Positions 20,417-30,689 of a DNA stretch of 64,000 nt are shown piece after piece (position 1 is the stretch's first letter; each line of letters starts with the position of its first letter). The DNA is from Cyanobacteriota bacterium. Lineage in GTDB: Bacteria; Cyanobacteriota; Cyanobacteriia; Cyanobacteriales; Nostocaceae. The notes beneath the pieces are model-generated. The model searched no databases and was not told the origin of the DNA. It saw only the letters and a program-made list of their open reading frames with translations. A program made the position numbers and the translations under genes. The stretch is from positions 1-64,000 of the forward strand of contig JBJOKS010000003.1 of assembly GCA_046045965.1 (NCBI GenBank). The letters are read 5' to 3'.

Positions 20417-21079
20417 CTAATGACTAAAAAACTTTTTCCGATGAACTGGAAAAGGTATATTAAAAGACTGATGAAAATCTTCTTGAACTTTGTGAGTGAG
20501 ACGACGGGAGACTTGACGGACAATTTGATGAAGTAGGCGATCGCCTGTAGACTGAATTAAAGCATGGGGTAAACGCTGAATAAATCTGGGAAAATGCAGC
20601 TCAACCATCAAATCTAATTCCCATTCTACCCTTGTCATCCCCGGCAAACTTTCTACTAATTCCATGCACGCATTATAGTCCACCTCATAACCAGGAGCTT
20701 GATAATCAGGGATAGGAATTGTACGGATGTGGTATTTACCTTCCTGTGCAGGTAACAATTCCAAACCAATTTTCGGTTCTACCTCATAACCAAAAGAACC
20801 AAACCGACCAATTACCAAAGCATAGCCATTGTTACCCAAAGGTTCCACCCTCATCGGTTCAGCACAGCGGACAAACCATGAAGCATGGGAATTTAAATAC
20901 TCAGCAACCTGTTCTTGAGGGGCATACATTTCCATACAGTCTTGATGACGACTATGGAATTTGCTAGGACCTGTATGAGCTTCTTTTAATGATGTTTCAT
21001 CTGAGGTTACGCTTGAACCAGCTGGTAAAACTGATTCAGTTATTTCCAAGGTTTGAAATTCCCAGTTGTTTGCTACCAT
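20417..21079 (-). CDS. DUF1997-like protein
   Basis: YL..H..WF.RCA.PM, G.FGYEVEP.IGL and LP..LIQSTGD.LL.QIV. Confidence 0.75.
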   Translation of the reverse strand: MVANNWEFQTLEITESVLPAGSSVTSDETSLKEAHTGPSKFHSRHQDCMEMYAPQEQVAEYLNSHASWFVRCAEPMRVEPLGNNGYALVIGRFGSFGYEVEPKIGLELLPAQEGKYHIRTIPIPDYQAPGYEVDYNACMELVESLPGMTRVEWELDLMVELHFPRFIQRLPHALIQSTGDRLLHQIVRQVSRRLTHKVQEDFHQSFNIPFPVHRKKFFSH

Positions 21080-21259
21080 AAATGCGTTTTCTGTATAGTT
21101 AAAAGTTTGTCTATACTAATGATTCCCAATCAGGGAGAGTTTTTTCACACAAAAATGCAAATTTCACGAAAACATTATTAATCTGTCATCAACTCCATAG
21201 AATCACTACAATAAAGAACGAAACCAGCACATATTTAGTTTCCCAGGATAGCGTTAATC

Positions 21260-21925
21260 ATGAAAGTATTTGTAGCAGGTGCAACAGGTGAAACAGGACG
21301 CCGCATAGTACAAGAATTAGTAGCCAGAAATATTCCCGTTCGTGCTTTAGTGCGGGATCAGCAAAAAGCACAAGCTATCCTCTCTCCTGAAGTTGAGTTA
21401 GTTGTGGGAGATGTGTTAGAACGAGAAAGTCTAACTGCTGCATTAGGTGATAGTACCGTCCTACTGTGTGCCACAGGTGCAAAACCCAGTTTTGACCCCA
21501 CAGGTCCCTATAAAGTAGATTTTGAAGGTACAAAAAACCTGGTTGATGCAGCAAAAGCCAAGCAAATAGAGCATTTTATCCTGGTTTCTTCCTTGTGTGT
21601 TTCCCAGCTATTTCATCCGCTAAACTTGTTTTGGTTAATTTTAGTGTGGAAAAAGCAAGCTGAGGAATATATTCAGAAAAGTGGAATCACCTATACAATT
21701 GTCAGACCAGGAGGGCTGAAAAATGAGGATAATTCGGATGCCATAATTATGCAAGGCGCTGATACTTTATTTGATGGTAGCATACCTAGACAAAAAGTAG
21801 CTCAGGTTTGTGTTGAATCTTTGTTTGAATCTGCTGCACAAAATAAAATTGTCGAAATTGTCGCTAAACCAGACGCTACCCGCAAAAGCTTCCAAGAATT
21901 ATTTCAGGGAATTGGTAATTGGTAA
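21260..21925 (+). CDS. NAD(P)H-binding atypical SDR (NmrA-like)
   Basis: VAGATGETG, VDFEGTKNL and YTIVRPGGL. Confidence 0.9.
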   Translation: MKVFVAGATGETGRRIVQELVARNIPVRALVRDQQKAQAILSPEVELVVGDVLERESLTAALGDSTVLLCATGAKPSFDPTGPYKVDFEGTKNLVDAAKAKQIEHFILVSSLCVSQLFHPLNLFWLILVWKKQAEEYIQKSGITYTIVRPGGLKNEDNSDAIIMQGADTLFDGSIPRQKVAQVCVESLFESAAQNKIVEIVAKPDATRKSFQELFQGIGNW

Positions 21926-21936
21926 TTGGGGGAGAA

Positions 21937-22010
21937 TGACTCCTGACTCCTGACTCCTGACTTCTGACTCCTGACTTCTGACTTCTGACAAATGACTTCT
22001 GACAAATGAC
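21937..22010. repeat. STRR array (TGACTCC/TGACTTC)n
   Basis: Heptamer tandem repeats. Confidence 0.85.
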
Positions 22011-22743
22011 TTTTAAACTCAAAGGTGTAGAAAAACTAATTGCCCCGATAGCAGCACTTCTGGGCTTCGTGTACCTTTTTCAATGGTACATTTTTGGAGA
22101 TTTACAATCAACATCCGATCCCGTATTTGACAGACAGCAACCCCCCTTAGTGATGAAAGAAGGAGATCCTTATATCCGTGCTTTGATGCGAACTATTTCC
22201 TTTAGTGAGGCTAATACTAAGCGTCCTTATTCTGTGTTATATGGTGGTCAACAAGTCAATGACCTTAGCCGTCATCCACAGATATGTGTAACTATTGTTG
22301 TAGGACCAAATACAGGTAATTGTTCTACTGCGGCGGGTAGATATCAAATTATTAATACTACTTGGTATGAAATTGCGCCCCGTTATCATCCAAACCCTTC
22401 GCAGTTGATGTTCTGGAATAATAGGAAGAATTACAGTTTTGAAGCGCAGTATCAAGATGTAGTGGTTTACCGCTGGTTAAATGATTCAAAAGTTTGGGGA
22501 GTTGATATTTCTCAACTGCTGCGTCAGCAAAAATTAAATGAAGTTTTACGCCGACTTTCCCCCACTTGGACAAGTTTAGGATATGGCATAGAAACTAATT
22601 CTAATACCCGTTTATTACCTCAAGTTTATCAAAAGGTTTTACAAGAAGAATTAGCAGAATTTACTAAACCAAAAGAAAATATTTCTACACCATCTCCAAA
22701 TTATTTGGATAACTCAAAATCCCCATCAAAAACAGATAAATAA
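22006..22743 (+). CDS. Membrane-anchored lambda-type lysozyme/muramidase (GH24/GH104-like)
   Basis: N-terminal TM; RALMRTI..SE, Y..LYGG, STAAGRYQ...TW and QD...W.SL. Confidence 0.82.
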   Translation: MTFKLKGVEKLIAPIAALLGFVYLFQWYIFGDLQSTSDPVFDRQQPPLVMKEGDPYIRALMRTISFSEANTKRPYSVLYGGQQVNDLSRHPQICVTIVVGPNTGNCSTAAGRYQIINTTWYEIAPRYHPNPSQLMFWNNRKNYSFEAQYQDVVVYRWLNDSKVWGVDISQLLRQQKLNEVLRRLSPTWTSLGYGIETNSNTRLLPQVYQKVLQEELAEFTKPKENISTPSPNYLDNSKSPSKTDK

Positions 22744-22796
22744 ACTGATCCCTGACTTATTTGAGATTTGAGAATTTAGCTATCTGTCTAGAATTG

Positions 22797-23627
22797 CTAA
22801 ATCAGAAAATTTCTGATATTCTGCACAAATGCCAATGTATTTTCCAAATGAGTATTATGTCCAGCTTGCTTAATTATTTTGAGTTTTGCTAATTCACTTC
22901 TGTAGGACATGGCTGTATTAATATTGATAAATTTCTCATCATATTCACCAACTAGCAAAAGTAAAGGAACTTGATTTTCTGCTAGTTTTTCCCACAAAGA
23001 AGGCTGGTATCCAGTCCCCATAAATCGCAATGATTTTGTCAGTTCTAAAGGATTATTTTCTAACCTACTTTCTAGCATAAGTGGATAGGCTGGATGATTT
23101 TTGATATTCCCGAAAATCGGCTGACTATACCAATTATTTAAAAAAGTCTGAAATTCAGATTTATCAATCATCCTCATTAATTTTCGGGTAATTTGATCAT
23201 CACTTTTAATTCTGCTTAATCTTTCAGCATCCGTTGGTAAACCAGGAGATGCTGACTCTAAAACAACTTTGATAAATCTTTCAGGAAAATTTAAAGTCAG
23301 ATATAATGCTAATCTTCCTCCCATTGAATAACCAACTAAAAAGCATTTTTGTATTTTTAATTCATCTAATAAGTTGATAACAGCTTGGGCTGTATGTTCA
23401 ATTCTATAGTATTCATCACCTCCTAAAACTTGAGTTTTACCATGTCCGGGTAAGTCCAGGGTAAGATAAGAAAAATCTGCACCTAATAATTGGATAGCCT
23501 CATCAAATTCGTAAATATTACCCATGAAGCCATGTAAAAAAAGAATTATGGGTTTGTCGAAATTATTAACTAAAGAATATTGAAACTGATAATTTTTATC
23601 TGATACGCTTATTTTTCCAAAATTCAT
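22797..23627 (-). CDS. menH: SHCHC synthase (alpha/beta hydrolase)
   Basis: FLHGFMG, GYSMGGRLAL, LESASPGL, GE.D.KF and AGHN.H.E. Confidence 0.85.
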   Translation of the reverse strand: MNFGKISVSDKNYQFQYSLVNNFDKPIILFLHGFMGNIYEFDEAIQLLGADFSYLTLDLPGHGKTQVLGGDEYYRIEHTAQAVINLLDELKIQKCFLVGYSMGGRLALYLTLNFPERFIKVVLESASPGLPTDAERLSRIKSDDQITRKLMRMIDKSEFQTFLNNWYSQPIFGNIKNHPAYPLMLESRLENNPLELTKSLRFMGTGYQPSLWEKLAENQVPLLLLVGEYDEKFININTAMSYRSELAKLKIIKQAGHNTHLENTLAFVQNIRNFLI

Positions 23628-23792
23628 ATAGAATTAATTAGCTATTCATTATTTCTGATTAATGTTGTTACAACATATCATTTTTTTGAACCTTGCCAAA
23701 AACGGATAAATACTGAATTATGTAATAATGAATTTTAAGTAATTCTTGGTAAAATACAGAGTTAATTTTCTTAAAAGAAGTAGTTATAATTT

Positions 23793-25172
23793 ATGAACAT
23801 CTCAACTTCTCTCCCAGAAATTCTCCGCCACCGTCGCCAAAAATTAGCAGAATTAATTGATTTTCCCGCCGTTCTCTGGTCAGGTGGTAGCAGTTCCCGT
23901 AACTTCCCCGCGAATATCTTTCCTTTCCGCGCTAACAGTCATTTCCTCTATTTTGCGGGAATTCCTCTGCAAAATGCCGCCATTCGCCTAGAAAGAGGCA
24001 ATCTACAACTATTTATAGATGACCCGCACCCTAGTAGCGCCCTTTGGCATGGAGAAACGCCAACCCGTGAGGAAATAGCCGCAAAGATAGGTGCAGATGA
24101 TGCTAGGCCGTTAACCGAATTAGAAGATTATTTAGAAAATGCGGCTACTGTTCCGGTTCAAGATGCAGCTACTTGGACACAGCAATCACAATTATTAGAT
24201 AGATGGATTTTACCAAAAAATCAACTTGAGGGAATTGATTTAGATTTAGCTAAGGCAATTATTTCCTTGCGTATTACCCACGATAGTGCAGCGTTAGCAG
24301 AATTACGCAAAGCTGCGGCTGTGAGTGTGGAAGCACATAAAGCGGGAATGGCTAGAACCAGGAAAGCAAAACTAGAAGCAGAAGTTCGCGCGACGATGGA
24401 AGCAGTAATTATGAGTCATAATATGACTACGGCTTACACTAGTATTGTGACGGTACATGGTGAAGTTTTACATAATGGACATTATTACAACTTTCTACAA
24501 CCAGGAGATTTACTGTTAGCTGATGTGGGTGCGGAAACGGAGACTGGTTGGGCAGCTGATATTACTCGTACTTGGCCTGTTTCTGGTAAATTTTCATCTA
24601 CTCAAAGGGATATTTATGATATTGTTTTAGCTGCCCATGATGCTTGTATTGAGAACATAGCCCCTGGTGTAGAATATGGGGATATTCATCTTTTAGCTGC
24701 TCATATTATTGCCGAAGGTTTGGTAGATTTAGGAATTTTACAAGGTAAGCCGGAAGATTTGGTAAAAATGGATCTTCATGCGTTGTTTTTTCCCCACGGA
24801 ATTGGACATTTATTAGGTTTAGATGTGCATGATATGGAAGATTTAGGAGATTTGGCAGGGTATGATGAGGGAAGAACAAGAAGTAGCCGTTTTGGGTTAA
24901 GTTACCTACGTTTAAATCGTCCTTTAAAACCAGGAATGTTAGTAACAATTGAACCTGGATTTTATCAAGTTCCGGGAATTCTAAATGATCCAAAAATTCG
25001 TGATCAATATCAATATTTAGTTAATTGGGAACGGCTAGAAAAATTTGCTGATGTGCGTGGAATTAGAATTGAAGATGATGTTTTAGTCACAGAATTAGGT
25101 AGGGAAGTTTTAACAGCCGCATTACCAAATAAAGCCAATGATATAGAAGATTTGTTAGAATTGCCAAAATAA
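23793..25172 (+). CDS. pepP: Xaa-Pro aminopeptidase (aminopeptidase P, M24B)
   Basis: ADITRTWPV.GKFS, FPHG.GH.LGLDVHD, TIEPG.Y and GIRIEDD. Confidence 0.92.
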   Translation: MNISTSLPEILRHRRQKLAELIDFPAVLWSGGSSSRNFPANIFPFRANSHFLYFAGIPLQNAAIRLERGNLQLFIDDPHPSSALWHGETPTREEIAAKIGADDARPLTELEDYLENAATVPVQDAATWTQQSQLLDRWILPKNQLEGIDLDLAKAIISLRITHDSAALAELRKAAAVSVEAHKAGMARTRKAKLEAEVRATMEAVIMSHNMTTAYTSIVTVHGEVLHNGHYYNFLQPGDLLLADVGAETETGWAADITRTWPVSGKFSSTQRDIYDIVLAAHDACIENIAPGVEYGDIHLLAAHIIAEGLVDLGILQGKPEDLVKMDLHALFFPHGIGHLLGLDVHDMEDLGDLAGYDEGRTRSSRFGLSYLRLNRPLKPGMLVTIEPGFYQVPGILNDPKIRDQYQYLVNWERLEKFADVRGIRIEDDVLVTELGREVLTAALPNKANDIEDLLELPK

Positions 25173-25182
25173 TTACAAAATC

Positions 25183-25701
25183 ATGACTAACAAACCAATG
25201 AGAATGCTACTTGCCGGAGTTATTATCAGTTTAGGACTTTCACCATTAGTAGCTCAAGCACAGCAACCTGTTTCTGATACTCAAGTTGCAGCAATGGTAG
25301 AAGCATTAAGACTAGCTGCACCTCAGCCAAAAAAGCCTACTCCTGGATATCACACTGATTGGCAAATTAAACCAGAAACTTTAAAAGGTTGGTCAAAAAC
25401 TTGTTTAAAAAAAGAATTAACAACCTCTCAATTTGAAAATGATCCAAAAATTACCCGTCAAGTGATTTCGTGTATCATGAAACGTGAGTTAACTAACCAG
25501 TTTAAAGCTACGAATAATAATGAAAATGCTGCTGTTCGTGGTGCGGCTTGTTGGTGGATGACTGGACTTTATACAGGTTGTGATAAAGGTTTTACTGGTG
25601 ATTATGTGAAGAAAGTTGTGAATTTATATCAACAAGAAAAGGCAAAACCAAAAGCGGTAAATACTCCATCTTCGACTACAACAGGTAATAACAAAAGATA
25701 A
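25183..25701 (+). CDS. Hypothetical secreted protein
   Basis: Signal peptide ending AQA; four Cys; ACWWMTG motif. Confidence 0.7.
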   Translation: MTNKPMRMLLAGVIISLGLSPLVAQAQQPVSDTQVAAMVEALRLAAPQPKKPTPGYHTDWQIKPETLKGWSKTCLKKELTTSQFENDPKITRQVISCIMKRELTNQFKATNNNENAAVRGAACWWMTGLYTGCDKGFTGDYVKKVVNLYQQEKAKPKAVNTPSSTTTGNNKR

Positions 25702-25712
25702 ATTATTTGATG

Positions 25713-26037
25713 TTGTGGGATGGGCATCCTGCCCGTCCTAGATTCATTAGCGGACAAGATTTCCCGCACCACAATAAATTTTTAGACATTGGGTAATTTT
25801 GTGTTTTTTATCATCCAAAATCCCAAATCGTCCTAGATTTATTAGCGGGCAAGATGCCCGCACCACAATAAATTTTTAGATATTGGGTAATTTTGTGTTT
25901 TTATCATTCCAAATCCAAAATCGTCCTAGATTTATTAGCGGGCAAGATGCCCGCACCACAATAAATTTTTAGACATTGGGTAATTTTGTGTTTTTATCAT
26001 CCAAAATCCAAAATCCAAAATCTAAAATCCAAAATCG
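25713..26037. repeat. Three tandem ~94 bp repeats, each with a REP-like half, followed by (AAAATCC)n
   Basis: Units start at 25735, 25830 and 25923 (GTCCTAGATT.ATTAGCGG.CAAGAT..CCGCACCACAATAAATTTTTAGA...). Confidence 0.88.
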
Positions 26038-26039
26038 GT

Positions 26040-26642
26040 TCATCTTCTCACAACCAACTGAAAGGAATTTAAATATCCTGTAATAGTTTTATTTAAAGTT
26101 GAACGCTGTTTTTTAGAGACTATGGCCATGACTTGATATAATCTTCCTTCAGCAACATACATCCTATTTGTAGTTACCTTACCAGACGAATCTATATATT
26201 GAATTTCCTTACCTGGATGACCGTTTGAACTGCGAATATTACGCTCACTAATTAAATTGCTTTGTGTTGCTTTTAAGGTATTTGATTGCGCTTGACTCAA
26301 TATTTTTTGTGGGCTGGTCATCTTAGCATAGCTATAAGGAAATTCATTGTAACTTACTAAATATGCAACTTCTTGTTCCGGTGGTTGGGCTACAAATAGC
26401 TGTAATTTTATTTCTCCCATATAGGTTTTTTGAACTTGACTTTTCGTTTTCGGTGTTCCCGGCATCAACACCTGAAAACCCTTATCTGGGGGTGTAAATA
26501 TCTTCCATTGTGGCTGCACTACTTGAGGAACAGTTGGTTTATTGTTAGAAACTGCGGGTTTAGGTTTGCGGACTTCAGCAGAAACATAACCACTGTAAAC
26601 AAAAGTGGCAGCAATGAAAGGTAGTAAAAATTTCATGGTCAT
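26040..26642 (-). CDS. Hypothetical secreted protein (possibly PsbP/Mog1-like fold)
   Basis: Signal peptide; W..F.P....F.V.MPG.P and RLYQV....F..SF pattern. Confidence 0.65.
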   Translation of the reverse strand: MTMKFLLPFIAATFVYSGYVSAEVRKPKPAVSNNKPTVPQVVQPQWKIFTPPDKGFQVLMPGTPKTKSQVQKTYMGEIKLQLFVAQPPEQEVAYLVSYNEFPYSYAKMTSPQKILSQAQSNTLKATQSNLISERNIRSSNGHPGKEIQYIDSSGKVTTNRMYVAEGRLYQVMAIVSKKQRSTLNKTITGYLNSFQLVVRR

Positions 26643-26684
26643 ATTTGTAGCCTTCGCAGATGCAGAATTTACTGTTGCTGCTAT

Positions 26685-27710
26685 TTATAACCTAGATGCA
26701 GATAAAGCTGCACCAATTAATCCTACTTGTTGGTTAAGAATTATGTGAACTGGTATTTCTTCTAGGAGAGAACGCATTCTTCCTTTTTGGGTGAAACTTA
26801 ACATAAAACTACCATTTTGCATCAAAGGCAAAATTTTGGGAGCGATACCACCAGCAATGTATAATCCACCGTAGGGTAAGAGTTTTAAGGCTAAATTACC
26901 GGCTTCTGCACCATAAGCTTCTATAAAAAGTTGTATGGTTTGTTCAGAAAGGCGATCGCTTTTTGCTAAGGCTGCACTACCAATAGCAGCACCAGGATCA
27001 ACGGTTTTTTCGGCTTGTCCGGCTTCTTGTTCCCAACTTCTGACAATTTGGGCAATTTCTGGGTTTTCGGGGTCTATTTGACGATCTCTTAAAAATTGGT
27101 AAATGGAAGTAATACCCAACCCGGAAACTACTCTTTCTACAGAAGCACGTTGGATATCATGTTTATCTAACAGGTATTTCAACAATTGAAATTCTAACTC
27201 GTTGCGGGGGGCAAAATCTGCGTGTCCACCTTCTGAGGGAAAAACTTGATATTGGTTACCCTGTTTGATTAAAAAACCTTGTCCTAAACCTGTTCCTGCA
27301 CCAATAACGGCCATAGGTGCATCGGTTTGGTGTTTACCAACTTGCAAAGTTAGCAAATCTTGTTTGGTTAAACCAAAAATACCATAACCAACGGCTGCAA
27401 AGTCATTAATCAGGGAAATAGAAAGAATACCTAATTGTTGCGCTAATCTTTCCGTATCTAAAAACCAGGCTAAGTTAGTTAGTTTAGCAGTATTTTTTAC
27501 CACTGGACCTGCGATCGCAAAACAAGCTTTTTCTGGTGTGGATGTATTTGCTGCTGCCAAAAATTTTTGTACAATTGGCACTAAATCGGGAAAATCTCCA
27601 CTGCGGTAACTTTCCTCATACAAGGTTTTTAACCCTAAGGAGTCTGAGGACTCCACCAGTCGCAAAATTGTTTTCGTCCCCCCAATATCTCCTGCTAGTA
27701 GCAATGTCAT
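26685..27710 (-). CDS. glk: Glucokinase
   Basis: LAGDIGGT, INDF.A, GAGTGLG, SEGGH.DF and GG.YIAGGI. Confidence 0.95.
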   Translation of the reverse strand: MTLLLAGDIGGTKTILRLVESSDSLGLKTLYEESYRSGDFPDLVPIVQKFLAAANTSTPEKACFAIAGPVVKNTAKLTNLAWFLDTERLAQQLGILSISLINDFAAVGYGIFGLTKQDLLTLQVGKHQTDAPMAVIGAGTGLGQGFLIKQGNQYQVFPSEGGHADFAPRNELEFQLLKYLLDKHDIQRASVERVVSGLGITSIYQFLRDRQIDPENPEIAQIVRSWEQEAGQAEKTVDPGAAIGSAALAKSDRLSEQTIQLFIEAYGAEAGNLALKLLPYGGLYIAGGIAPKILPLMQNGSFMLSFTQKGRMRSLLEEIPVHIILNQQVGLIGAALSASRL

Positions 27711-27827
27711 AAAATTTATCAGTTAGTTACTTGTGCTGTAATTATTTAGCTATCAGCAAACAGCAGTTAGATTTTTCAGGTTTACGCCAAAAATTACTAC
27801 TTGATCATCTACTGATTTATCAAATAT

Positions 27828-27868
27828 TCTGACTCCTGACTCCTGAATTCTGACTCCTGACTCCTGAC
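27828..27868. repeat. STRR array (CTGACTC)n
   Basis: Heptamer tandem repeats. Confidence 0.8.
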
Positions 27869-28516
27869 TTATACAAATCTTACTACTTCCTCTGTTGTGG
27901 TCAAATGGGAAGTATCTCCTTTTAGTTCTAGCAACCATTCTGATTCTTGACGTACCACTTTTACTAAAGAACATAATGTAGCTTTAACTTCTGTTTTGGC
28001 TATGTCCCCTACTAAACCCATCGCTGCACCCAACACAGAAGCGCCATGTGCTACCAAGAGGATATCATTTGGCCAGAACTCAGTCGCTAAACATCTTGCA
28101 GTTTGTGCAGAACGCTGTCTGACTTTTTCATGGGTTTCAGGATATTGTGCTGCAATACGGGATGTGTAGCTAATATCTATTCTGGGAAATAATGCTGCTA
28201 AATCTGATGTTGACAGTCTTTCTGGTGCTTCTGTCATCCATTCTGGATTTAACCATTCACTCAAGCCTGTTTCTAGTTTAATCTCTAAATTTAGGACTTG
28301 GGCGATCGCATTAGCTGTTTGCACTGTTCGCAAAAAGGGAGATGCAAAAATATGTTTGATTTTTTCGCCTTTGAGTCGTTTTGCTAATTGTTGTGCCTGT
28401 ACCATGCCATCATCTGATAATGGTGGATCATAGCGTTTTTCGGCTGTGAGAAACCAATCAGGGTTTACAAAGTCGAGTCGGTTAGCGTGTCTTGCGATCC
28501 AGATGATTTGACTCAT
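27869..28516 (-). CDS. Histidine phosphatase family protein
   Basis: IARHA.R.D, DPPLS..G..QA, SPF.RT.QTA and LVAHG. Confidence 0.9.
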   Translation of the reverse strand: MSQIIWIARHANRLDFVNPDWFLTAEKRYDPPLSDDGMVQAQQLAKRLKGEKIKHIFASPFLRTVQTANAIAQVLNLEIKLETGLSEWLNPEWMTEAPERLSTSDLAALFPRIDISYTSRIAAQYPETHEKVRQRSAQTARCLATEFWPNDILLVAHGASVLGAAMGLVGDIAKTEVKATLCSLVKVVRQESEWLLELKGDTSHLTTTEEVVRFV

Positions 28517-28659
28517 GGGGTAGAATTTTACAGGTATGAATGTAAAGAACTTTTACAAGTTCCCAATTTAATATACTATTACGCATGACTCATGTTAATG
28601 GTAATTTGGTATCTTTTTTCTACCATCCAGAGTTTTAATCTGTAACATATACAATACAA

Positions 28660-29016
28660 TTACGGTAATGGACGCTGACGTACTTGGTTAGACTCAACAA
28701 CCGTAAATTTCCTTTCTAAAGAAAAATTATCTGTATTTAACAGCATAAGTAAATCTTGTCCTGGCTGTTCTGGTGTTTGTGGTGCATAGCGAAAATAGAT
28801 AACACCTGGTGGAGATGGCTTTTTTAATCTATAAATTAATTCGCCATAATCACGATCAAAAGTTAGAATTATACGCTGTTCATTAACAGCAATTTCTAGA
28901 ACTTTATCATCTATAATTCCCGGTGATTCTTCTGTTATGGATGTAATATCATAACCCACAGAACATAAAAGATGTACACTGGTAAGCGGGAAGTTTTCAT
29001 TAGCTAGAAATTGCAT
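28660..29016 (-). CDS. DUF5615 PIN-like protein (putative toxin)
   Basis: FLANENFP, D..VL..A..E.R.ILTFD.DYGEL. Confidence 0.82.
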   Translation of the reverse strand: MQFLANENFPLTSVHLLCSVGYDITSITEESPGIIDDKVLEIAVNEQRIILTFDRDYGELIYRLKKPSPPGVIYFRYAPQTPEQPGQDLLMLLNTDNFSLERKFTVVESNQVRQRPLP

Positions 29017-29261
29017 TATCCTGCCTGAGTTGATAATGGTAGAGTGTATAAAGTTTCCTCACGCATACACTCAGCCGCAAAGGCAAAAACCGCCTGTAAT
29101 GCTTCCGTTGTCAGTGTAGGATAATTATCTAGAATTTGTTGTTGTGACCATCCAGCAGCAAACAAACTTAACAGAAATTCCACTGAAAGACGAGTACCTT
29201 TAACAGTTGGCTTACCGAGCAAGATTTGTGAATCTGAATGAATGTATTTTTTCCAGTTCAT
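29016..29261 (-). CDS. DUF433 protein (putative antitoxin)
   Basis: I..GKP.VKGTRLSVE.LL...AGWS...IL..YP.L; stop/start overlap with the PIN gene. Confidence 0.88.
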   Translation of the reverse strand: MNWKKYIHSDSQILLGKPTVKGTRLSVEFLLSLFAAGWSQQQILDNYPTLTTEALQAVFAFAAECMREETLYTLPLSTQAG

Positions 29262-29297
29262 GATTCAAACCATCCCTTAATTTTCTTTAATTTTATT

Positions 29298-29978
29298 TTA
29301 CCTAATATTTCTCACCAAAAAATTATCCTGGCCACAACTTTTTCGAGAACGTCTTAAAATCTCTTCACTACAAATACCAGCTTTACCATCTTTAGAATAA
29401 CAAAAGAATACTTCTTGTAAAAATCTACCTGAATCAGAACAATAGGGTGCTATGCCATTAGTATTAAATTGTTTATTAGCACTGATAAAGGCAGTTTTTA
29501 AGTCTTTAACTGTAGTACGAAAAGGTTTTTCAGGACTTTTATAAGCTGAAGGAATAACCAGAGAATATTTTAACTGTCTACTTAATGTTAAATATTCCAT
29601 AGGTGTTTCACCTGTACAAGTTCCATGTTTTACCCATTGATGATTATAAAGTTTATCATTGGGAAACAAACCTCTAAATTTTTCTTTGACTAAGGAAGGT
29701 AATTTCTCAGTTGAACAGTTAGCGGGATAACCTTTTTGATATTGTGGCCAAAGACCATGTAAAACAAAACCATATTTTCTTCCTGGACTGCACTGCTGGG
29801 GGTCACGGTTGCCATTTCTCGCACAATGATCAGGCGACCAAGATAATGCTAAAACATAAAAATCAAATTTACCGGGAGTAGCAGGTTTTTGAGCTACTGC
29901 ACTATTCGGTATAGCTAGGGTAGTTATTAATAAAGAAGATGCAATGACAACGTTTTTTATTGGCATATTCATAACCAA
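29298..29978 (-). CDS. Secreted ribonuclease T2 family
   Basis: YVLALSWSP, FVLHGLWP (CAS I) and HQWVKHGTC (CAS II). Confidence 0.93.
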   Translation of the reverse strand: MVMNMPIKNVVIASSLLITTLAIPNSAVAQKPATPGKFDFYVLALSWSPDHCARNGNRDPQQCSPGRKYGFVLHGLWPQYQKGYPANCSTEKLPSLVKEKFRGLFPNDKLYNHQWVKHGTCTGETPMEYLTLSRQLKYSLVIPSAYKSPEKPFRTTVKDLKTAFISANKQFNTNGIAPYCSDSGRFLQEVFFCYSKDGKAGICSEEILRRSRKSCGQDNFLVRNIR

Positions 29979-30134
29979 TTACTCTGATGCTAAAAGTCTT
30001 CAAAATTACCATACCGTATTTGAGCAATAAAAAAAAGACCAAGATCAATATCCCGGACTTTTCCAGAAGTGGGGGATCTCAATCCCTGAACAATGTAAAC
30101 TACATTTAACGTCACTTAGGAGGTCAGAAAAGCA

Positions 30135-30689
30135 TTGGACAAGTTATTAAAAATCTCCAACTTTATTGATAGCTGCACTGAACGCATTGGCCGCTGGACA
30201 AGTTGGCTGGTTTTAGTTATGGTAATACTCGGTGTATGGAATGTTGCAGGTAGATACCTTGGGCGGCTGATTGGTAGTAATCTGACATCTAACGCCTATA
30301 TAGAAGCACAATGGTATATTTTTGACTTAGTTTTCTTGCTAGGTGCAGCTTACACCCTCAAACATAACGAACACGTGCGGGTGGATGTTTTTTATAGTAA
30401 TTTATCAGGAAAAAAGAAAGCGATCGCAGACTTATTTGGAACAGTATTTTTTCTGATTCCTTTCTGCATCATGGTGATTATTTTTTCCTGGGATAGCATC
30501 ATCGCTTCTTGGCAAATTTGGGAAACATCACCAGATCCGGGAGGTTTAGCACGCTACCCAATTAAAACCATGATTATTGTTGCTTTCGTGTTGCTGATTT
30601 TCCAAGGCATTTCGGAAGCAATTAAAAACGTAGCAATCATTCAAGGCAGATTACAACCACAGGGGGAAAACCATGACACTGGATTATGA
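30135..30689 (+). CDS. TRAP transporter small permease (DctQ)
   Basis: E.QWY, GAAYTL..NEHVRVD and S.DPGGL.RYPIK. Confidence 0.9.
   Translation: MDKLLKISNFIDSCTERIGRWTSWLVLVMVILGVWNVAGRYLGRLIGSNLTSNAYIEAQWYIFDLVFLLGAAYTLKHNEHVRVDVFYSNLSGKKKAIADLFGTVFFLIPFCIMVIIFSWDSIIASWQIWETSPDPGGLARYPIKTMIIVAFVLLIFQGISEAIKNVAIIQGRLQPQGENHDTGL

Noticed and set aside
25735..26015. Possible CRISPR array
   Set aside because: Whole ~94 bp units are near-identical with no unique spacers, and no cas genes are nearby; this is a tandem repeat.
27753..27974. 73-aa ORF with QESGVR repeats
   Set aside because: It is a translation of the STRR heptamer array overlapping the phosphatase gene end.
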